Assembly: GCA_051294375.1 (NCBI GenBank)
Contig: CM119265.1
Location: 20,399,112-20,463,111, forward strand
Length of the DNA: 64,000 nucleotides
Direction of reading: 5' to 3'
Source of the DNA: Paraspadella gotoi
Lineage: Eukaryota > Animalia > Chaetognatha
Of the stretch, positions 56,134 to 64,000 are shown one piece after another (the stretch's first letter is position 1; every line of letters starts with the position of its first letter). The notes beneath the pieces were generated by a model, which had not been told where the DNA came from, ran no database searches, and saw only the letters and a program-made list of their open reading frames with translations. The position numbers and the translations under genes were made by a program.

Positions 56134-57766
56134 CTCTTTTCTCACGCCCGCTCGCTATCTCTTGGCTCGAACAGTAACTTTCGTCATACGTATTTATGTT
56201 CTAAAAATTTTAAGTGTTTTAACTTAATTAACTATGCTACTTATTACAAAAAGAGAGAGTAAGAGAGAGAGACACAGAGAGAGAAGTAAAAACGAATAAA
56301 GATTAGGAAGATAGATTATTCGAAACAAAATTAAGTTGACAGTGACTAAATGAATATGGACGTGATAACAACGACGAAAACCGACGACGGCGGATGACGA
56401 GATAGCGAGACGTCAACGATGACGACGACTAAGACGCGGTCGGATAGGGGGGGGGTGTGAAGATCAACACTCACGATTCCAATGGGAACAGGAAGAGAGA
56501 GGTAACGAGAGACTCATGGGTGCGGAAGTGATTATGACGAATTAGCGGGAAAGGTCGGTGACTCCGACGGCGAAACGCGTGGATGATTTATGACTAATTC
56601 AACCGAAGGCGGTTTGTTTGGCGATTAACGGCCTCCTTGTCATCCGTAATTGTGAGTCTTGTACGACTCTTTAACTATAACTCTCATTAATTTAATTCAC
56701 TTTTTAAAAAAAGAGTGTTTTTCTTTCAGCTTAAAATATAAGGAAAAAGATAATCTTCATCCCTTTATCGGAAAAAAGTACACAAATAATAAATATATTG
56801 AATATATAAATATCACTCTAAATTATCAACTGTTATCAACTGATTGATTTGCATGAAAACAAAGTTGAATTGCTTCATGATGAATATTGTTTTATTATTT
56901 TTATATTTTTAATTACCTAAGTGTTTGTAAAAAATCTAAAAAATGTTAATTTTCAATTTACTCTGAAATTATGCAAGTGTCACCAAAAACTTACAGTTAA
57001 TATAGCTTAAACTTAAACTTAAAGTGATTCACACAAGTAAAATATCAATTATCATTTGAACGATTAATCGACTGCGATATTCTTTTGTCATTCCGTTGCA
57101 AAATCCAAAGGAGAGAATGCATGGGGCACTCTACCATGGAAAAAAGGCACTGCAAGTCTGAAACAAATGGTTCTTCTTCTCTTTGACTAGGTGGCAGCAG
57201 CAGGACGATATTTTCTTTTTCATTTTCGGAAAGTCTTTCAAGAACATAAGAACATCGAGTGCCTTGAGCGCGCGGCTCAACGGCAACGACATTGAGAAGA
57301 AGATTTAAGATATACAGACTGTATTACAGTAGAGTTTAAGGTTTAAGTTTCGCAAGTCCACTGATATTTTCCTTTTCTTCAGTTCTCTATTTAATGTTTA
57401 ATAATTTGAATTACGTATTTAATTACTACCGAGAAAACAATATGGCAGATAATTTTTTTTTCTATAAATTAGGTTTAAATCAAACTTATTTCAAGTTTCC
57501 CGATCTCATCGCACTACGTTTGTAAAGGAACGCACTTACAGCATTACAAAAGGATTACGATTCCGCTTCCTTCTACTTTTACTCCTCCTCCTCCTCCTCC
57601 TCCTCCTCCCCAATCCGGCTCCATGGCCCTCCTTTGAGTTCAGGTCGAAATCATTACAGGCGATAGAAATGAAAATGAGAAAACGGAAATGAGGGAGGGC
57701 GAGGAGTGGAAAGAGAGAGAGACGAAGAGAGAGAGGAGAGAAGAGGAGAGAGAGAGAGAGAGAGAG

Positions 57767-57806
<40 letters not shown>

Positions 57807-58297
57807 TGTCTAAATGGTTGGCTCGAGATTGCTTTCCGTGGAAATTGTTTACGGGGACAGACTTCTGAAAAGTTGACTCTGATTGTTCTTTTTTTTTTCG
57901 TTTTTCGTTTTTTTTTTTTAACTTTTTTCGTTTTTTTTTTTTCAAACTGTGCTTAACATTGCATGATTCTTAGGTTGTTTTAACCGGCGACTGTTTCGCG
58001 AAATTCGGTCGCGGACAAAAGAAGATTTCAACCTGAAAGTATTTACTCGCGCTTACCTTTCGAGCTCACCTTCGCCCACAAACCTCACCTGCCCTTCCTC
58101 AATCCTCACCTCTGCGCGTCACTCGGCCGAAGAATCGAAGTCGAAAAAAAGAAGTGAAATTCATTTCTTCGATGATGATCTTTTGTTCACTCGTTTGATT
58201 GTCGTCGTCGTCGTCGTCGTCGTCGTCCTCGTCGTCGTCACAAATCGAAAAGAAACGAGCTTGTTGTTGTTGATTTCGTTTCACCTGCGAATCGTCT

Positions 58298-58352
<55 letters not shown>

Positions 58353-58871
58353 CGAATCGATTTGTTTGAGTTCGACTCAAATTTCGTCGCGAAAAAACAA
58401 CATAAGTAGAAAATGAAAAAGAAAAGAAAAGAGAAAGAAAGGAAAAAAAAAAGATTGGTCCAAATGAGTGGGTAAGGTTACGATGGGAAGTGTCATGAAT
58501 GGAAAGGAAATAGGAAATGGGAAGTTGAGAGCGAGTGAGTGAGAAGGTAGGGTTACGAGCTGAAAAGGTGAGATCCTATCGCTTTTGAATTTGGGGGGGG
58601 AGGGTCAGTGTAGGGCATGCGTGGGAGAGAATTCGATTTGACGTCGAGCGCGTGCAGGTTTTTAGAGACATGAGGAATTCTATTGGGAAAAGAATGAATG
58701 TATACAGATGGTAGTTTACAGATGATGGAATCGTCTTTGCTCAAAACATCTGCGTTTCGAACCATGAAATGTCGCCAGCGATGCACTCTCTCTCCTTCGC
58801 GAGCGGCATATAAAGGGTCGAGGAAGATAATTAAGAGGAACATTAACTCCTGTCGCCCCCCTTTATCGTTT

Positions 58872-58910
<39 letters not shown>

Positions 58911-60180
58911 TTGTGAGCAGAAAGGATTTTTTCGACTGCGAAACGGAATTCATTGCGATGAACTTTCTTCATCATGCTTCAGACTTCAGAGCTTATTATT
59001 TGTATTTTTTGTGCATTTACTACTCAGTACTTTTTATATTTACTATTTACTGTAATTCTTTTGGTCATAGCGCCGCGTATTTGCTTCTTTTTTTCTGACT
59101 TTCGTGACCGCGTTCGTCCCGTCTCTCTCTTTCGCTATCACTGTCATCACCCATCTTATTCATTATCACTATTTCACTTCGTCACCGTCTTCTTCTTCTT
59201 CCTCGTCTTCGTCGTCATCATCGTCTTCATCGTCATCATCGTCCTCGTCGTCGTCATCGTTGTCGTCTCCTCCGATGCCTTCGACCTTCTCCTAGAGAAT
59301 CTCAAGGATGACCATATTTGGGAAGAGCGGTTTCGGCGACGCGAGGTCGCCAGCGGCGGTGGCGGCGTCTTTGGGCCACGGCGCCGGGACCGCGCGGAGG
59401 CGGGGATGACGATGAGGTGCCGACGGAAAATTGCGGCGGCGGCTGCGGCGAATGCTGCGGCTGCGGCTGCGGCGAATGCTGCGGCTGCGGCCGCATAAAA
59501 TCGGCGTCTGCGTCAGCGGCGGCGACAGACGAGGCTGGGAAGCTGCCTCGAGCGTATTTGGAAGATCGATAAATTTTCGAATCTCCACCTAACCCTACGG
59601 ATAGAAAATGAAACGGAGGAGGAAGGGGAGGAGGAGGAAGAGGAGGAGGAGGATGAAAGTAAAGAAGGGAGAAGGGAGGGGAGAGAAGAAAAGTTGGAGA
59701 ATGAGGAGAGCAGCCTTGAAAACTGAGACCGGAGGGGAGATATTAAAAGGAAAGGGAGAGATTTACTCGCGAGAGAAACTTACCAGAGAGAATTTCAATT
59801 TCGAAAGGAAGAAATAAGAAACGAAAACATATTTTTCGGAAGAAATAAATTACTATTTACAATCGGTCACATTAGCTATAGTTTAATTCATTTCAGTACG
59901 GTTGCCATTATGTTTTTGTTATTTAATATGCGTATAACAATTGTAAAAAAAGATAGAAACGATTCTCGCTGAGTTTCTTTCCTGTTGACGAGCCATGCCC
60001 CACTGTTGACGAGCTGTTTGACGACTGTTGATGAGCTGCGCCGCTGTTGCCGATGAACCCTTTGATGGTCCTGATGGAGTTTTCACTTAGGATTGAGTTC
60101 TGACTGCGTCCCTTTCAAAACGACGCAAACTGCGAGCACATTTGAAATTCAAATTTGTTTCTCAGTTTTACGTTCTTCCC

Positions 60181-60213
<33 letters not shown>

Positions 60214-62262
60214 NNNNNNNNNNNNNNNNNNNNNNNNNNNNNNNNNNNNNNNNNNNNNNNNNNNNNNNNNNNNNNNNNNNNNNNNNNNNNNNNNNNNNNN
60301 NNNNNNNNNNNNNNNNNNNNNNNNNNNNNNNNNNNTCCCTTTAATTTGAGTCCTTTTTTTACCTTCATCTGACTTTTACGCTCCTGACTCTTTTGCCAAC
60401 TTCAGCTCATCCCCGAAAAATGACAAAAGAGACGATGCTTTATTTAGATTGAAAAAATAATCATTAAGTGCGAGAGAATCAAATCTTTAGTTAAAAATAT
60501 ACATAGTTTTCATAATTCTAATATTAATTTATGTTTCTTTTATTTTCCTCTCCATTAATCTTGCGGATAAAAAAAGGTAAGTTTTTTTAACGTCAGAATT
60601 CGAAAATAATTATAATTATAAGTTCATGAATACGTTCAATTGATAAAAATAATACATTTGTAAAAAAATTTTACTGTTACGTAAATTTTACGAAAAAAAT
60701 GTTCAAACTNNNNNNNNNNNNNNNNNNNNNNNNNNNNNNNNNNNNNNNNNNNNNNNNNNNNNNNNNNNNNNNNNNNNNNNNNNNNNNNNNNNNNNNNNNN
60801 NNNNNNNNNNNNNNNNNNNNNNNNNNNNNNNNNNNNNNNNNNNNNNNNNNNNNNNNNNNNNNNNNNNNNNNNNNNNNNNGAGAAAAACGATCGATAAACA
60901 GAAAAGTCGCTTTCGTTTCTTTTGTCGCGTTCGTTCCTCGTTCATCGATTCATTAGCAGAAGCGAACTTTGTCTTTATTCGTCGTCGTCGTCTTTATTTT
61001 GTCATCGTTTGTCAGTTTTTGTTATCTTTGTTAGCCTCTTGTTATCTTTGACGTTTTTGTCCTTGTTATGCCATTAGCTCGTTAATTTTATCTTTCTAGT
61101 TCCTTTTATTCTCTGTCAGTCTCATTTTTTAAAATTTTATTTTGTTCAATTTTTATCTTTGTCATTATTTACGACATTATTCATCCGTGCTTATCACTTG
61201 GCTTTAATTTTTTTCACTTAGCAGTCGATATTTTCTTTTTCTATTTTTATTTTTGTTAATCTAATATAACATCTCAGTTTTTCATTATTAATTTATTTCA
61301 TTTTGATATTTGGTAAACATAATATATTTAGTTTTATGATTCAAAATTTCATCTTGTTCTTAACCTCTTTTAACAGCATTTAATGTCGTTTACCATCTTT
61401 TGCCAGTGTTAATTGTCGATTGCCGTCATTTGTCATTGTCATTCGTCACTAGAACGCTATCCGTCGCATTCATTCGATTCAGTCGACATACGTAAAAGTA
61501 GAGGCGAGAAAAACCAGTTACAAAATTTTCTTAAAAATCCAACGAACACGAAGTTATTAGCGACGATGATAGTTCATTCGACTCTTTCGTCGGATTCCCG
61601 TTACGTTTTCTCACATTAAAAAAAATCTTCCGAAAAAATAATTATTGTTTTTATATTTTTTTGAGTTTTTTTTTCCTCGTTGTTTTAGAAATTAAAAATA
61701 AAAAAGATGAAGGGAAGCGATTTGCAGATCGGAATTTTCTACTGAACAGAGTTCTCAGCCTTTGCTTTCCATGACTTTCGGGTAAGAACGTTATTTTTTA
61801 AAAATTAAATCTATTAAATCTCTTCGCACATCAAAATCAATTAAAGTTCTAATTTATCTCTTCCGAAAGGCGGGAACATTATGGAGGCAATCCGTACCAA
61901 GGATCTTCCGGTCAACGACGGTTCGTCAATCTTTTTTTTTTCTTTTTTTTTAATCTTGATGACGAATCGTCAAATCCAGTAAATCGACTTCGAACGAGCA
62001 AAAAAAAAAAAAAAAAATAAAAAAAAAAAAAATCGTTGATGTAACAAAAAAAACCCATAAACAAAGATGATAATTGCTCAGAAAACACGCGACGCTAATG
62101 ACATGAACTAAGTGACTCCGAAGTCGACGATGATGACGACAAGAAAGACGATGAGGACACAACCACATCATCAACAATAACCAACAAACAACAACAACCA
62201 ACTCCATCCCCAGCACGAACATTTTCGATCCTCGCTCCTTCGCCCCGTCCTCTCCGTCCCGA

Positions 62263-62418
62263 ATGTCGGGTCGAATGGGCGATGGCGGCGGCGGCGGCGG
62301 CGGCGGCGTCGCGGGGCGTCTGACGCCGGGCATGACGCTTTCCGGGATGCGTCCGTCTCAGGCAAACGTCAACCGGAACTGCGTCCCGGATCCTGGGTTT
62401 CCGTCGCCGTCGCTTCAG
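62263..62418 (+). CDS. Possible first exon of the right-end gene (MSGRMGDGGGG...RNCVPDPG)
   Basis: ATG-started GC-rich frame upstream of the Cys/Pro exon; only weak donors (62397, 62419). Confidence 0.25.
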
Positions 62419-62796
62419 GTTGTCGAGGAAAAGTTGGGGGCGCCGCAAAGGGACGAAGGGTTTCGATGATTCGATGAGGTTGTCGTCATTGTGATCGACA
62501 TGGTCTTCAAAATAGGCGTCGTCGTTGTCGTCGTAGTCAGCGCTGCTGTTTTCAAAATCAACCAGTTGGTCGCCTTATTTCTTGTTGTTGTTATTGTTGT
62601 TTTTGCAGTTGTTGTTGTTTTATTGAGTCTCAAGATAATCTTCGTCGTTGTCATCGAAAATGATCCTCTCAGAATTTTCGTCAACTCTCTCGAATTAACT
62701 GCAGTTCTGGCGGCCCCTGCGGCCCTGCGGCCCCTCGGCGGCGGCGGCGGCGGAGGGCCTTAGCCCGGCGCTCGCTGCTCCTCCTCACACCGTCAG

Positions 62797-63019
62797 CCTG
62801 CAAAGCTCCCTGCGCCGCCCCGCCGCCGCCGCCTCCACCGCCTCCGCCTCCGCCGCCGAGTTCGGGCTGCAACGCCCCTTGCGCTCCGTGCGCAACGGGG
62901 GGAAGCTGCGGACCGGGAGCTCCGCCCAATCAATGCGCCGCGGATTGGAACGCCGTCTACGCTAGAGCCTTTGAGACTTTCGAGAAGGAATTGCAGATCG
63001 CGTACAAGGCTTTCCTCAG
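62797..63019 (+). CDS. Exon of an unknown protein: Cys/Pro-rich segment then aromatic helical repeats
   Basis: Pyrimidine-rich CAG acceptor at 62796 (alternative at 62704); frame CKAPCAA-polyP-SSGCNAPCAPCATGGSCGPGAPPNQCAADWNAVYARAFETFEKELQIAYKAFL; AG|GT at 63019/63020, phase 2. Confidence 0.6.
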
Positions 63020-63486
63020 GTGGAGTGTCGGCGGGGGTGTTGGTGGGAGATGTTCGAAGAGGAGTGGAAGACGGGAGTGGTTGGAGGGGAACCGTTTGTT
63101 CTAACCGTTTCTTTTTCGGTTTTATACAAAATGTGACTCTCTTTCGAACGCCCGATCGGTGCCCGACAGATTCGGACAGGAATGGGAGGATTGCTACGGT
63201 CGGACGCTTCTCTGCTTTGAGAACGAATGGGCCAACGCGTACGATCAGGCCTTGCGAAGATTTCAGTGCGAATGGGAGCGGGCGTTGGAGCGGTGAGAAC
63301 AAGTGGAGCGGCGATGGGTTGGGGAATGATAAGGAAGGTGAGGGAAGTGGAGCGGCAAGGGAAGTGGAGTTGTAAGAGCGATTTGACCGTGACTAACCGT
63401 AACCAATGAAAGGGGAAGTGAAAAGACCTGAGATACTTAATGTTTATAATAGTTAATGTTTTTTCGCGTCTCTCGAATCACAACAG

Positions 63487-63595
63487 AGTCTTTCACGGTC
63501 ACGAGAAGGAATGGCGCGAGGCCTACAATTGGACTCTCCAGGCCTTCGAGCGCGAGTGGGCCGAGGCCTACGACATCAGCTTCAGGGCCTTTCAG
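63487..63595 (+). CDS. Next exon of the same unknown protein (RVFHGHEKEWREAYNWTLQAFEREWAEAYDISFRAFQ)
   Basis: CAACAG| acceptor at 63486, phase-compatible with 63019; strong G/C bias at third codon positions; continues the 15-aa repeat; CAG|GT at 63595/63596. Confidence 0.7.
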
Positions 63596-64000
63596 GTCTG
63601 GGGAAGGGGGGCATGGCTTTAGTATTATAAAGTCTTTTAAAGAGGTTTTAGGAGAGAGGTCCCAAGAAGTAATTTTGTCCGCTGTAGGCTTGATTAAATT
63701 TCCTAACCGAGAGAAGTCTTGACACAAACGTGATGTGAGATCGACAGAATTATTCAAAATATTGCAAATTATCTGCTTGATATTTGATTTGATATTTGAT
63801 GAAGATAACGAAAGGACAGAGATTTCTCAACGACTTTAATCGATCGATGCGAGTTGGAGAAAATCTCAAAGCGCCCTGAAGGGATTCCCCATTTTTTTTT
63901 ATGGCGAGATTATGAGGCGAGAGAGACACTCGACATAGTTTTTTTAAATTTATTTATTTATTTTTTACAACTGAGAAAAACTCATAAAAATGGCGTCAGA

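Noticed and set aside
62415-62700. Asp/Asn-rich minus-strand frame with in-frame TAA codons suggesting an alternative genetic code
   Set aside because: Explained by (GTT/GTC)n triplet composition; nothing else in the window supports stop-codon reassignment.

Overview
Microsatellite-saturated animal DNA, probably arthropod, from an imperfectly polished long-read/gap-filled draft assembly; no prokaryotic features, and nearly all supplied ORFs are low-complexity artefacts. The one recognisable gene piece is the first coding exon of a couch potato (cpo; RBPMS/mec-8 family RRM protein) ortholog at 25854-26000. I could not find its RRM exon, so the remaining ~38 kb probably lies in a very long first intron. 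That intron contains: a three-level nested transposon cluster (hAT MITE > retroposon fragment > second hAT MITE); several ATG-started GC-rich islands ending in donor sites (possible alternative first exons); a stop-containing cassette-exon candidate; a tRNA-like SINE head; and, at the right end, two phase-compatible exons of an unrecognised Cys/Pro-rich protein with a 15-residue aromatic helical repeat. A dispersed repeat with a decayed hammerhead-like fold occurs five times. About 9 kb of the left half (10335-16700, 19940-22410) is artefactual re-sequencing of adjacent DNA next to 25-N gaps. All homology calls are from memory and unverified by search.
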